From: Ptychomitrium polyphyllum
Lineage: Eukaryota
Length of the DNA stretch: 64,000 bases
Reading direction: 5' to 3'
NCBI GenBank assembly: GCA_973851085.1
Contig: OZ316775.1
Coordinates: 5,580,001 to 5,644,000 of the forward strand
In this document: piece by piece, positions 41,617 through 53,704 of the stretch
Layout: every line of letters starts with the position of its first letter
How positions within the stretch are numbered: the first letter of the stretch is position 1
Program-made: the position numbers and the translations under genes
The notes under the pieces: model-generated
What the model was told of the DNA's origin: nothing
The model's input: the letters and a program-made list of their open reading frames with translations, nothing else
Databases searched by the model: none

Positions 41617-42094
41617 TAGCAAGACTAAGGAATACCTTGTTTTGCCTTCTATTTATACTATGACATTTGTACCTCCTAGGATACTTCTAAAGAAGCTTCC
41701 TACAAGTCTTAAGAATATTTTGGAAGTCTAGGGAACCTTCCTAACAAGCTTCCAAGGAGTTGGAACCTTCTTAGGAAGTTTCATAAAGAGCTAGAATCTT
41801 TCTAGGAAATTTCTTGAAGTGGTAGAACTTTCCTAAGAAGCTTTCTAAGATGATGAAACCTTCCTAGGAATTTTCACAAGGTTATGAAATCTTTGTAGGA
41901 AGTTTCCTAAAAAGTTGCCTAAGATGATAAAACCTTTCTAAGAAGTTTTCTAAGGAGGAAGAACTTTCCTAGGAAGCTTCCTAAACATGGAAAGGCTATG
42001 GAGACATTTAAAAGTATTCTAAGAAGTTATTATTGTATAGTAGAAGGTTTTAGAATGTTCTAAGGACTATATTGCATGATCTATGTCCGTGACA

Positions 42095-42108
42095 TCACCT
42101 CTCCATTT
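42095..42108 (-). other. Polypurine tract of the family-A Gypsy element
   Basis: Minus strand AAATGGAGAGGTGA directly precedes TGTCACGGAC. The same junction occurs at 55005-55017. Confidence 0.8.
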
Positions 42109-44335
42109 AGCGACAAATCCCATAAGGAGCTCTTTTCTTGGCTTGCATGTTACATTTTTACAAATTCCAAAATTCGTCGAAGGAATGAAGCAACATATTC
42201 TGCTCGTTGTTCTTTGTCCACTGGTTCAACTGGTCCTTGCAAAAAATGCCAATGACCATTAGCCAGGACTTTTGTTGTTGAAATGTCCCATCGCAAGATT
42301 TGATTCTGTTTAAGTCCTTCAAAACATCCTCCAAACAAGATCTAGGGTCCTTTAGGAGTGGCTCTTCCAATTTCTAACAAGATGACTAGGGTGAGAGCAT
42401 CTGAATCAAAATTGGAATGTGAAGGGCGACTTGCCAATACTTCTGCACAAGGTCGTACTTGACGTTGGAATGTCCCACTGATATCTTGGCTCAGATCCTT
42501 TTGTTACCAAAGGCTGAAAAAGCTGAGTTGGCTCAACAGATGCTATTGTTGATGAAGGCATGGCTGACTGCTCTTCACGCATATCCATGATAACACAAAG
42601 ATTTGACATACTAGCTAGGATCTAGAAATGATCTATCTTCGAATTAATGCTGCTTACAATTGGAGGTTTGGATATCTCTCCTCCCTTCTTATACTTGTCT
42701 ATGAAGAAAAAACTTTTCTATGAATCTAACGGCTACTGATGACACATCATAATGGACTTGGTTTTTGAGGATATCTTTGATGAAATTCGCGTACCTTCTC
42801 GAATGCATTTGTTACATTTGTTGAAGGTTCCCATATTTGGTCATTGATGCCATATCCTTATCAATGTATAAGGTACTCCATACGTCCGTTCTTGATGCGT
42901 GAATCTAAGATCTCTTCCATTTCATATTCAATTTTATTATTGATTTCCAGCGGAGGAGGCGGAGGGACATTTTTTCTGGCATACATGTTTTGTTATAGGT
43001 TTCCAAAACCAATACGTGGAATACTGGATGAATTTGCATGCTTGGTAGTAGCTTTAGGCGATAATTAATCGGATTTATCTGTTTGCTGATTTCAAACAAT
43101 CCAAACTTTTGATAGTCCAACTTCTTTGATGGTCTTTTTGTTTGTATATTTCGTCGTAGGAGCCATACGCTATCTCCAACCTTGAACTTTGGATGGTCCT
43201 TTCGATGGCGATCTGCATAAGTTTTGTAACGATCTTGAACTTGTTGTAACTGGAATGTAATTTCTTGATGGATTTTACCAAATTGAATTGCAATATCCTT
43301 TGTTACAGGACTTCCAACATGCTTCACTTGAAATGGATCTGCTTGAGGATGATGGCCATAGTTTGCAAAGAATGGACTTTGAATTGTTGAAGAATGCATC
43401 GTATTATTGTAAGCAAATTCTGCCAAAGGCAAGAGATCCATCTAGTTGTTTTGCTGGTAGTTTATACTACAACAAAGATATTGCTCCAAAATTTGATTCA
43501 CACGTTTGGTTTGGCCATTAGTTTGCGGATGATGTGTTGAAAAAGTTTGATCTTTAAACGCAACAGCTGGAATAGAGCCCTCCAAAAGTTGAAAATGAAC
43601 CACGGCCCTCGATTGGATACAATATCATTTGGTAGTCCATGTGTGCAGTAGACGTGATTTATGAACAACTTGGCAGTTTTTTGTCTCGTTATTGTCTTGT
43701 AACATGGAATGAAATGTGCCATTTTGGTAAATTGATCCACCACTATCAAAATAGAATCCTTAAAATCGGAGTTTGAAAGGTGCATAATAAAATCTATTAA
43801 CAAGACAAATATGGACCTTTTAGCATTAGAAGCGGATGGACAAGATCATGAGGTTGGTGTCTTGGTACCTTGGCATTTGCACAAGTATCGCATCATTGAA
43901 CAAAGTCCTTTATGTATTTCCACATTTGTGGCTACCAATAGTCTCTAGCAATCAACTCCATTGTTTTGTTGAATCCAAAATATCTTGCTGTTGGAAAATC
44001 ATGACGTGCTTGAAGGATCTTCAATTGCAAAGGGCCTGGAGGTAGGTACAAAAGTCCTTTACAATAAAGTAGGCCCTTTTGGAATTCAAAGTCCTCATTG
44101 CTATTTGAAGGATCTCCATTGTTTTTCAAGCATTTCTTTATATTCAAAACAAAAACATTGTTCTTCAAAGCCTTCCGAATTTTGTCAAGATGAGATGTTG
44201 TTGTAATAATTGCTGCTTTCAATTGAAGATTCTCTGGCTCCAATAAAATAGTCCTTTGTTGATCCAAAACAACATCTTTAGGTTGAGGAGCTAAATAAGA
44301 TCTTTGAAATAAGGCATCTGGCTTACCTTGTAAGC

Positions 44336-44948
44336 TCTTAGAACACAAGAAACAAAAAGCAGAAACAAAGTGTTTTCCAAGAATTAGCTTCCAACGAACT
44401 AATGATTAACAAGAACTTGATACAAAGACTAGAACAAGGCAGGATTCAAGATGATCACAACTTGTGTTGGCATGACTAAGGAATACCTTGTCTTGCCTCT
44501 TATTTATACTATGACGTTTGTATCTTCTAGGATACTTCTAAAGAAGCTTCCTATAAGGCTTAAGAATGTTCTCGAAGTTCAAGGAACCTTCTCAAGAAAT
44601 TTCCTAAGATGTTGGAACCTTCCTTGGAAATTTCTAAAGGTAGCAGAACCTTTTTAGGAAGTTTTGTAAAGAGGTAGAACCTTCCTAGGAAGTTTCGTAA
44701 GATGATGGAACCTTCTTAGGAAGTTTCCAAAGGTGATGGAATCTTCGTAGAAAGTTTCCTCAAAAGTTACCTAAGATGATAGAACCTTCCTAGGAAGTTT
44801 CATAAAGTGGAGGATCTTTCCTAGGAAGCTTCCTAAGAACATGGAAAGGCTATGGTAACATCTAAAAGTATTCTAAGAAGCTATTATAATATAATAGAAG
44901 GTTCTAGTATGTTCTAAGAAGTATGTTGCATGATCTATGTCCATGTCA
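44336..44948 (-). mobile_element. Solo LTR, family A, inserted in pol
   Basis: Perfect TSD TAAGC (44331-44335 / 44949-44953). It splits YRPSSL|QGKPDAL. Confidence 0.92.
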
Positions 44949-46636
44949 TAAGCTACTAGGTCGATAGGTAATGACAAAGTTAAATTTGGAAAGTGACATA
45001 CTCCACCTTGCTTGACGATGATTCAAAGCGCGCACACTCATGAAATACTTCAAGTTCTTGTGATCTGTGTATATCGTGATGGTATGTTGAGCTCCTTCCA
45101 ATAAGTGTCGCCATTCCTCAAACGCATCCACAATTGCAAGCAGTTCTTTATCATGTATATAATAGTTGATCTCTGCCGCTGAGAACTTCCTTGAATGAAA
45201 GGCAAGAAGGTGAAGTCTTCCGTCTTCATCATATTGTGATAGTACTGAGCAAAGCGCAAAATCTGAGGCATCTGTTTCCAAATAAAAAGGCTTTGATGGA
45301 TTTGGATGGATAAAGATTGGAGCCGACGTGAATGACTTTTTAAGACCTTGTAATGCCTTTTCCGCTTCTTCATTCCAAATGAACTTTTGCTTCCTTGTAA
45401 GGCGTATCAATGGTGCCGCAATCTTGGAATAATTCTTGATGAATATCCTGTAGAAGTTTGCAAATTCCAAGAAGCATTGAACATCTCAAATTAATCTTGG
45501 CGTACTCCACTCCATGACAGTGCTTATTTTTTTCTTATCCACATGGATTCTTCCTTCGGAAATGATGTAGCCTAAACATTCAACTAAGGATTCATCGAAA
45601 AAACACTTCTCCAATTTGGCATATATTCCTTGCTGGCATAGTTTTTCTAAGACCAATCGCATATGACATTTGTGGTTTTGTTCATCCTTTGAATATATCA
45701 AAATGTCAACCAAGTAAATGACTACAAAATCATCCAAATGTTCATGGAAGATATCATTCATCATATGTTGAAAGATTGCGGGGGCATTAGTAAGGCCAAA
45801 AGGCATGACATTGTATTCAAAATGACCATACTTAGATCAAAAAGCTGTCTTTTATTTGTCACTTTCTTTGATAAGTACAAGATTGTAGGTTCCTTTAAGA
45901 TCATTTTTGTTGAGTATTTTTGCTTGGTTAAGTTGTTGTAGGAGTCTTGATATTAATGGTAATGGATAGCAATTCCTTTTTTATTACTTCATTGAGGCCT
46001 CAATAATCCACGTACATATGTAATAATCCATTTCGTTTTAAAAAAAAAATAGAATGGATACTCCAGCCGGTGATTTAAAGTGTTGAATGAAACCTTTTTC
46101 CAGGTTTTCATCAATATATTCTTGCAAGGCAATCAACTTGGTTTGTGATAAGTTATAGATAGGTCTAAAAGGTGGTTGGACTCCTTCTTGCAACTCAATG
46201 GTACAATTATAAGGCCGGTGCTTTGGTAACATGTCCGCATTCTTCTTCTCAAAAACGTCTTTATAATCTTGATATTGACGAGGTAAGTTTTGATTAGTCT
46301 CTATTATAGAGCTGGACATTGGCGTGGCATAAATGGCATAAATTGGTTCATCCTTTGTCACTCTCATGAATGCCTTAGCTCCAATAGATGATGGTCCAAG
46401 ATTTCTTGTACCTTGGCGTCTTTTCCTTGAGACCATACTTCGTGAGCGCCAATCAATGTCTAGATTACATAATTCAAACCAAGGAAGGCCCAAGACAATA
46501 GGATTTGTTCGGCATTGAATGATGTTGAAGACAATTTTAGATGCTTGGTCCCTTAAAACAACCTCCAAGGATTGAGTTTCTTCAATAACATTGGTAGACG
46601 CAAGAGATCGTCCATCAATAACTTCAACAGGTGCGA

Positions 46637-47251
46637 TGTTAAGGACACAAGAAACAAGAAGCAGAAACGAAGTGTTTCCCAAGAATTAGCTTCCAAAGAG
46701 CTAATAATTAACAAGAACTTTGATACAAAGACTAGAACAAGGCAGGATTCAAGATGATCCACAACTTGTGTTGGCAAGACTAAGGAATACCTTGTCTTGC
46801 CTCCTATTTATACTATAACGCTTGTATCTCCTAGGATACTTCTAAAGAAGCTTCCTACAAGGCTTAAGAATGTTCTGGAAGTCTAAGGAACCTTCCCAAG
46901 AAGTTTCTTAAGATGTTGGAACTTTCCTAAGAAGCTTCCAAGGAGTTGGAACCTTCCTTGGAAGTTTCCCAAGATAGCGGAACCTTCTTAGGAAGTTTCC
47001 TAAAGAGGTAGAATCTTCCGAGGAAGTTTCCTAAGGTGATGGAATCTTCCTAGGAAATTTGCTAGGAAGTAACCTAAGATGAAGGAACCTTCCTAGGAAG
47101 TATTTTAAGATAGAGGAACTTTCCTGGGAAGCTTCTTAAAAACGTAAAAAGACTATGGAGACATTTAAAATTATTCTAAGAAGCTATTATAGTATACTAG
47201 AAGGTTCTAGAATGTTCTAAAGACTATGTTGCATGATTTATGTTCGTAATA
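46637..47251 (-). mobile_element. Solo LTR, family A, inserted in the protease region
   Basis: TSD TGCGA/TGCGG. It splits KKHPA|PVEVIDGRSL. Contains ~31-bp tandem units with palindromic CTTCCTAGGAAG cores. Confidence 0.9.
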
Positions 47252-48981
47252 TGCGGGGTGTTTTTTGTTCACAAGTACCATATGATGTTTGGGTGCAAAA
47301 TCCTTGTCCATGAAACATGCCGTTGCACTAGTGTCCAATAGAGCCTCACTAACTATTTCATCATCTAACAATTTAATTTTGATAGGAAATGTAAAACAAG
47401 AGGTGGGGCTTGAAAGTTGTAAGAAACCTTGATTTGATGGTTGTTTCCTTGTGGTGTCCAATTGCATGGTTTCTACACTGACTGGATAGCGTTGTTTTCC
47501 AATTCCACCATTGTGTTTTGAGCCTTAGAAGTAGATCCTTTGATTTAGCAATCATGCATTTTATGTCCATACTTGCCACAATACAAACGTAGGTTTTCTC
47601 TTTGACACCTTTCTTTTTCTTCAGGAGTCAAGCGTCTAAACGGGGCAGCATCAATTTGCTTAGGTTCTGGTCCTTGTGGTTGACTTTTGCATACTCTTGA
47701 AGAAGTGGTAGCCATGCTTTGATATACTAGTCGCCATTCCAAGCGTTGTTTTTGGCGCCTCTAAAATAGTTTGTTGTCACATGCTATTACTTGAGTGATG
47801 AATTTGTCAAATGTTTCAACTCTTGGCATTGTGAGTAGCAAGTCTTTCACATTCTCTCTTTAGCCCCATCAGAATCGTGTGACCAAGGCTTTATCATTCC
47901 AATCAAGGTCGCAAGCTAGTTATCAAAACTTTGTAGCATATGTAGCAGCTGAGCGTTGTCCTTGTTGTAGACTTTGGATCCTTGTCTTAGCCACCTTCTC
48001 TCGGTTGGTGTCTCCAAAAGTAGATGTTAATGCTTCTATAAAAGCATCTAAGTTGTTTAATAATGGTGATTGCTTCTCCATTAGGGACGCAAACCACAAT
48101 AGTGTTTTGTTTGATAAAAGAGTGGCCACAAATTTCACTTGAGTTGTACCATCATGATAGCGAGATTGATCCAAACTAAGGAAAAGCCTTCTTTGTTGAA
48201 CAAAGCCTCTCAATTTTGATCTTGATCCATCGAACTTGTCTAGCATGCTAATCTTTGGCTCTGCATGGGTTCGATATAAGCCTTCCCTTCCAATATTGGT
48301 CTCTTGCAATCGAACAACCTCTTGATATAGGCTTTGAATATCACCATCGGATTCTTCAGCTTGCCGAGTGTGTTGTTCCAAATTGCTGGTAGTATTGAAG
48401 CGAGCGATTTTTTTTCGAACTGTGTTTCATAACTCTTGAAGGTATGCAATAATTGCAAACTTACTCTATAATGTTCCAGGCACGTTATCCATTTCTCAAG
48501 ATTATCAAAGACAAGAAGACTATGAGTACCTTCAAAAGAGGGTAATCTACGTCCTTTTAAAGATGTAGTACTTTGCTTCTAGAAGGAGAAACCAACTCTA
48601 TGGTGCAAGTTTAGAAGAGGATAATCCACAACCTCTAAAGTGTTATGGAATTCTAAAGAAGAAGGGTAATCCACAATCTTCTTCAATGAACCTTAGCACT
48701 GACAAAGATGAAGAGCAGTCTTGCTATATTGTTGGAACCTTCCCAAGATGTTGGAATCTTCCTAAGAAGCTTCCAAGGAGTTGGAACCTTCCTTGGAAGT
48801 TTCTTAAGGTAGCGGAACCTTCTTAGGAAGTTTCTTAAGGTGGAAGAACTTTCCTAAGAAACTTCCTAAAAACATGGAAAGGCTATGGAGACATTTAAAA
48901 GTATTCTAAAAAGTTATTATAATATTATAAAAGGTTCTATAATGTTCTAAAGACTATGTTGCATGATTTATATCCGTGACA

Positions 48982-49885
48982 CCAAAAGCCGTCTTCCCAC
49001 GACGTTGGAACTCCTTCCTTTCCTTTGCATCCGCCGACAATGGTGGAGTAGCTTAATTCTCATCTATGATGGCCCAAAGAAGCCAATAAGAGTTCTATCT
49101 CAACCTTCCAATGGTAGAGGTTCTCACTATGAAACTTTTGAATGACCCTCAAACCTTCACCTTTATTTGAAGCCATGCCTTGAGAAGAGAAATAACAATT
49201 GTATTTCCAAGCAAACTATTTCCTTGATTCCTATGATTCTCACCAGTTTTCACAACTATGAATCTAAAAGCAAGCCTTTCAACTCACTATGTCCATTCAA
49301 TAAGCACTCTTGTCAAAGAATTCACAAAACAACAACACCAAGCATAATAAGTTGGTATTAGGGTGCTTGAATTCCAACAAAGACACTATTTAGGTCTTTT
49401 CATCACTCAAAGAAACTCACTACCCAAAGAATTTCAACATCCACAATCCTACAAGAGCTCAAGAAACATCAAAACCAAGCACCTACATGTGCAAAACCTC
49501 AAAGTTAAGCAATTCGAGCTCTATCTTCAATAACTACCAAGTGATCTTGCTCCACAGAAGAACAACAACTACAAACACTTCAAACTACTTCAAAATGCAC
49601 AACTAAGTGTGAGTGGGCCCATAACGTAATGAACAAATGCAACAAAGCTGATACAACAAGCAAGAAGAAAGAGCAAAATTGCAGCAAGAGAAGCATGGAG
49701 CAAGATGACTCCCACTTTTAAAACTCCTTTACTTATACTTTGGAGTCATGCACCAAAGTGTGCCATTTGGCGGCCATGCATTTGCCTATACTAATAAGTG
49801 CCATGTAGCGTCCGATCCTAGCCGCCATAGCCGCCGTAGCTGCCGCCCTAACCCTAACGGCCGCCCTAATCTTAGTTGCCATACA
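48982..49885 (-). mobile_element. 5' fragment of a Ty1/Copia retrotransposon (putative LTR ~49885-49627, PBS, leader, gag N-terminus), truncated by family-A LTR
   Basis: ATG at 49176: MASNKGEGLRVIQKFHSENLYHWKVEIELLLAS/LWAIIDEN*ATPP..KEFQRRGKTA, which fits the Copia gag pattern KFNGxNFxxWKxxMxxxLxxxxLW. The putative LTR begins TGTATGGCAA. Confidence 0.75.
49613..49625 (-). other. Primer-binding site complementary to the anticodon arm of initiator tRNA-Met (half-tRNA priming)
   Basis: Minus strand GTTATGGGCCCAC. Plus strand GTGGGCCCATAAC matches the anticodon-arm sequence of plant tRNA-iMet as I recall it. It lies directly 3' of the putative LTR. Confidence 0.75.
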
Positions 49886-51744
49886 AAACCCTTTTTGCTT
49901 TTTCTTAACCCTAGCCTCCATATCGTCTATCGCCTCTTCCTTGATATCCCTTTGACCATTAGCAATCTATCAAGCTCTAGTTCTACACAAAAAAATTCAA
50001 CTAGGATCACTTTATATGTTCCACTCTTTTCAACACTATTTTAGATTTGTGAGGGTTGATTTTATCTTCTTTGTAGTTGGAACCTAGAAGTTTCTACCAA
50101 AAGAAAGAAAAGAAAGAAAAACAAAAAAAATGATTTAGGTTGTTTTTTATTTAAAGATATGGTTAAATAAAGATTTGATACAGGAGATTAGGGGCTGATG
50201 TGGAGAGATATAGCTGATGTGGAGTAATAAGGGGCGGATGTGGCAATTTGACCACCGCCCTCTTCTTCTATCTTGGGCTCTCCTACTATAATAAGAAGCA
50301 ACCCTTCTTTGGATGAGATCTCATAGTATATATCTTAGTTTGAGTTGGTTTTTGTTGGGTTTTTGTTTTTTTTTCTTTGTAAGCTTTTTAAAAAACTATC
50401 ACACGCTCCATTTTGAATTAGTATGTGGTTGTGGTTTTAGTTTGAATAAAATTAAGTTAGCTGCCTTGAGTATCTGAGGGCAGTTATTTGAATGTTTGTA
50501 ATTTTTTGTAGAAACGTCTTTTATAAGTGAAATTTTGAAAAAAATATTTTGATTACTTTGGAAAGATGGTGTCAAAAATTTGGTGAGCATTGGACTTCTT
50601 GAGCAAAAGATACAAAGAAAATGCAACCGAGACTTAGAGGGGAGTGTACAGTAGAATTTGGAGTTGCACAATTTGGGTCATTGTAGATGATGAAAGGATA
50701 TCTAAATTTGGTCTTTTGACAGGGTCTTTATTATAAGCTACGTATTGTGTACACAAAATTTAAAGTTTGAATTTGCAATAAAAAAAGAATTATAAAGTGG
50801 TAAAGTAATAAGGATATAGAAGCTGTAGCAATGAAGGATGTAAACTTTGAAGTTATGGATCTTAGAGGGTACTAAGGATTTGGCAACCCAAATTTATATG
50901 TAACATTTCAAATATTTCAAGAAGGTTTTGTTAAAATTATAGCTGCTTTGGATTAGTATGCCAAAAGTTAAGACATATTTAGCATTTGGGATTTTCAAAG
51001 CAGCATAAAAGAAAAATTTGGGGTAGAGTATTTGCTTCATTGGATGTTAGAAATAGAAACTCTTCATGCATCTTGACCTTGATCAATTAGATGCTAAAAA
51101 AAACTCTTTGTTTCCTATAGCTACCACTCTCATCACAACAACGCATTGAACATGGAGGTCCATTAGTGCAAGGGATTTATCGACTACTGCATTTTCCAAT
51201 GTTAATAGCAATGGTTTTGTAGTTTTAGGTATGACAAGAAATAGTCTTGTGAGTTTTATGAGGATTGAGGATTTGGATTTGTCCATAGAAGGACAATTGA
51301 AAAAATTGGAAGAAAGTAAAGAAGATTAGTTGTGGTAATGGATGATGAATTTATTTTTGAAGTGGTAAATGAAGAAAGATTTCTAAATCACATATTAAAG
51401 GTTTTGAAAGATTTGCAAGAATAAAGAACTGTATATACAGATGTGACAATTGAAGTTCATTCAAAGAAATTTTTTGATGAACTTTTGGATGCAACAGCAA
51501 GTATGGAATTAGTTGAAAGCTATAGAACATAGTTTGAAGATGATGTGAACACCAAGTATAAGCTGATGGCTTGGAAAATTAGGCTTGTGGTAACACAATT
51601 GCCACCTCATATTAAAACCACATTAAGTAAGCTGGAAAGGAACCAAGGCTGAGAGAATCAAGGAAGATTGAGCACAAGGTTATTAAAGAGACAATTTCTA
51701 AACTACAGATTAGAAGGGATAGATTCTTGTAAATATTTTTAACC

Positions 51745-51963
51745 TTTATTAAAAGTTTCTTTAGAAGTATTTTAGGTAATATAAGCATTATTATATAAAT
51801 AGGAGGTAAGACAAGGCATACCTTGATCTTACCAACAAGTTGTGGATTATGTTGTGTGGTGCCCTTATTTTAGTCTTTGTACCAATTTTAATAATCATTG
51901 GTTCTTTGGAAGTTAATTCTTGGAAAGCCTTTTGTGTCTACTTCTTGTTTTTTGTATTCCTAG
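51745..51963 (+). mobile_element. Partial family-A LTR (3' half)
   Basis: ATAAATAGGAGGTAAGACAAGGCATACC..AAGTTGTGGAT..GTTCTTTGGAAGTTAATTCTTGGAAA matches the other family-A copies. Confidence 0.8.
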
Positions 51964-52149
51964 TAAAAAGTAGTACCTTTGAATTGCAATGGCTATTATT
52001 AGCTGCTAATACTAAATTTCAAAAGTAATAAATAAGGATTGAAAAGACCTTCCTCAAGCCTTTTGCTTCATAGATTTTTTATTTCAATTTTTAGTTAAAA
52101 ATAGACTATATAGGAGTTTGGCATGAGATGAAGGTATTTATAATATGAA

Positions 52150-53050
52150 CTTTGTTGAGAATCTATATTGAAGGATTGAAGAACCTCACTTCTATTGAAT
52201 TGAGTGGTTTTACCGTTTATAAGTGTTTGGACTTTTATGTGCCAAGGTGTCAATGTGCACAATTTTTTGAATTGTCCAGAGATAATTTCATGTTACAAAA
52301 CAACATGCTTGAATTTTGCATTAAGTTGCATTGGCTAAAGCTTAATAGGATTTAGTGATACAACTGGAGTCTTAGTAATTATACATCTTTGGAGGAACAA
52401 AACTTAATTATATTATTGGATTCTTGTCAGGTTCTAGGATTTGATCCATTAAATATTAGGTTTGAAGCAAAATCAACAAAGCTGCTTGATTAGCATAATT
52501 CCCAGCATCTTAGTACGCTTAAATGCATTTACTTGGATATACTAGAAATATCCAACTTTAGTTGATTGATGCATTTACAAATTATTAACCTTCCTATGAA
52601 TAATTGGTTGACTAATTTATAGGTTTGATGGATTTGCTTGTATTGATACTTCTAAATGTATCCTTTTGTCCTTCACTGTATTGCTTATCAAAAAAGTATG
52701 TTGACAATGCTAGAAGAACATATTTTATCAAACATTAAAATTGAGTTATCAAATGAAGACATTTGCATGCTAGCAAAATTGCCGCTTATACAAATAGTAT
52801 TTATAGATAATTATGAGGATGGTATTGTGGATTTTTGTTTAGATCTTTTTAGGCAGAAAACTTTGTATTGTGCAAAAGTGAATGAACATTTGATGTTTGT
52901 TCACTTTACTTATCAATCTAAGGAGAAGTTCCAAGGAAGTTAGGCGTGCAGTTGGCAGAATGGAAAGCTGTTGGAATGGCTTGAGACAGATCTTTGTATT
53001 CCTTCCTATAAACCTCCTTTCAAAGATAAAAATATACATAATAGTCTTAA
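52150..53050 (+). pseudogene. Degenerate cytoplasmic-type LRR protein fragment (NLR-like C-terminus)
   Basis: Pieces IEGLKNLTSIELSG, LSNYTSLEE, EISNFS*LMHLQIINL..LTNL, GLMDLLVLILLNVSFCPSL, LTMLEE..IELSNEDICMLAKLPL show LxxLxxLxL repeats with stops and frameshifts. No NB-ARC motif was recognised upstream. Confidence 0.5.
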
Positions 53051-53315
53051 TTGATTAATTAGGGCTTGGAATGATCAATTAAACCTGCATACTAGGTAGT
53101 TGTTGTGAAACATTTAATATATAGATTGTTTTTGTTGTCAAAATTTATGAAAGTTCATTGCCAAATGTATTCCTTGAGGACAACATTGTGAGTTATTCTA
53201 CGTGTATTTTATGATGGTTACGCATTCTTTGATTTAAAGGTGAATTAAAACATATATTAAAAGAAAAAAATATGATCAAAATTGCTATTTTTGAATAAAT
53301 TTGTAGCTAGTATAA

Positions 53316-53704
53316 TATCTCGGAAATACTTATTAGAAGCATTTAAAAAGGTTCTTAGAAGGTTTAGGAAGCTTTGAAGGAAGTTACTTCAATTTAGGAA
53401 GCTTCTATTGAAGTTACCTTGGTTTAGGAAGGTTTCAAGGAAATAACTTAAGATTGTTTGAGTATAAAGCAATGTAGTAGAAGCTCCCCAAGAAGTCTCT
53501 AAGGCTTGTAGTTCTAGTATATATAGGAATCAAGGTTAAAAAGATTTTCAGTCTTGACAACGCATCTCTTGTAGTCTAGTACAAACCTTCTAGCCTAATT
53601 TTTGTACCCTACTATAGTTCTGTACCTCTAATATACCTTAGACATATCTTGTTCCACATTCTAAAATTCTAAAGCCTTGTCTTACAGTTACTTTGTTTGT
53701 AACA
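53316..53704 (+). mobile_element. Solo LTR, family C
   Basis: TATCTCGGAAATAC...TTGTAACA with TSD TATAA/TATAG; homologous to the reverse complement of 55351-55725. Confidence 0.75.

Larger units (their letters stand above)
42747..48492 (-). pseudogene. Fragmented gag-pol of the chromovirus
   Basis: gag EPKISMLDKFDGSRSKLRGF and zinc knuckle LYCGKYGHKMHDC; protease ALLDTSATACFMD; RT MPFGLTNAPAIFQ..YLVDILIYS; RNase H ETDASDFA..DKELLAIV; integrase VVDQFTKMAHF..SNRGPWF..AEFAYNN..HPVFHV; chromodomain EYEMEEILDSR..YLIH**GYG..WEP. Many stops and frameshifts. Confidence 0.93.
39163..48981 (-). mobile_element. Decayed Ty3/Gypsy chromovirus (Tcn1-like) LTR retrotransposon, family A, with nested insertions
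   Basis: Partial 5' LTR 48981-48731; gag-PR-RT-RH-INT-chromodomain remnants 48492-42747; PPT just before the 3' LTR; 3' LTR 42094-41617 plus 39301-39163, split by an insertion. The two outer ends share no TSD. Confidence 0.9.

Noticed and set aside
38021..42094. One 4-kb DNA transposon with long terminal inverted repeats
   Set aside because: The two ends are independent family-A LTRs in opposite orientation. One has its own TSD and the other has a PPT and a split remainder at 39163-39301.
42365..42410. Second zinc knuckle (*FRCSHPSHLVRNW) downstream of pol
   Set aside because: It needs two substitutions, and the pattern is not kept in the second copy at ~55275-55320.
41730..47140. CRISPR-like palindromic ~31-bp repeats
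   Set aside because: The units are contiguous with no unique spacers, lie inside LTRs, and have no cas genes nearby; the context is eukaryotic.
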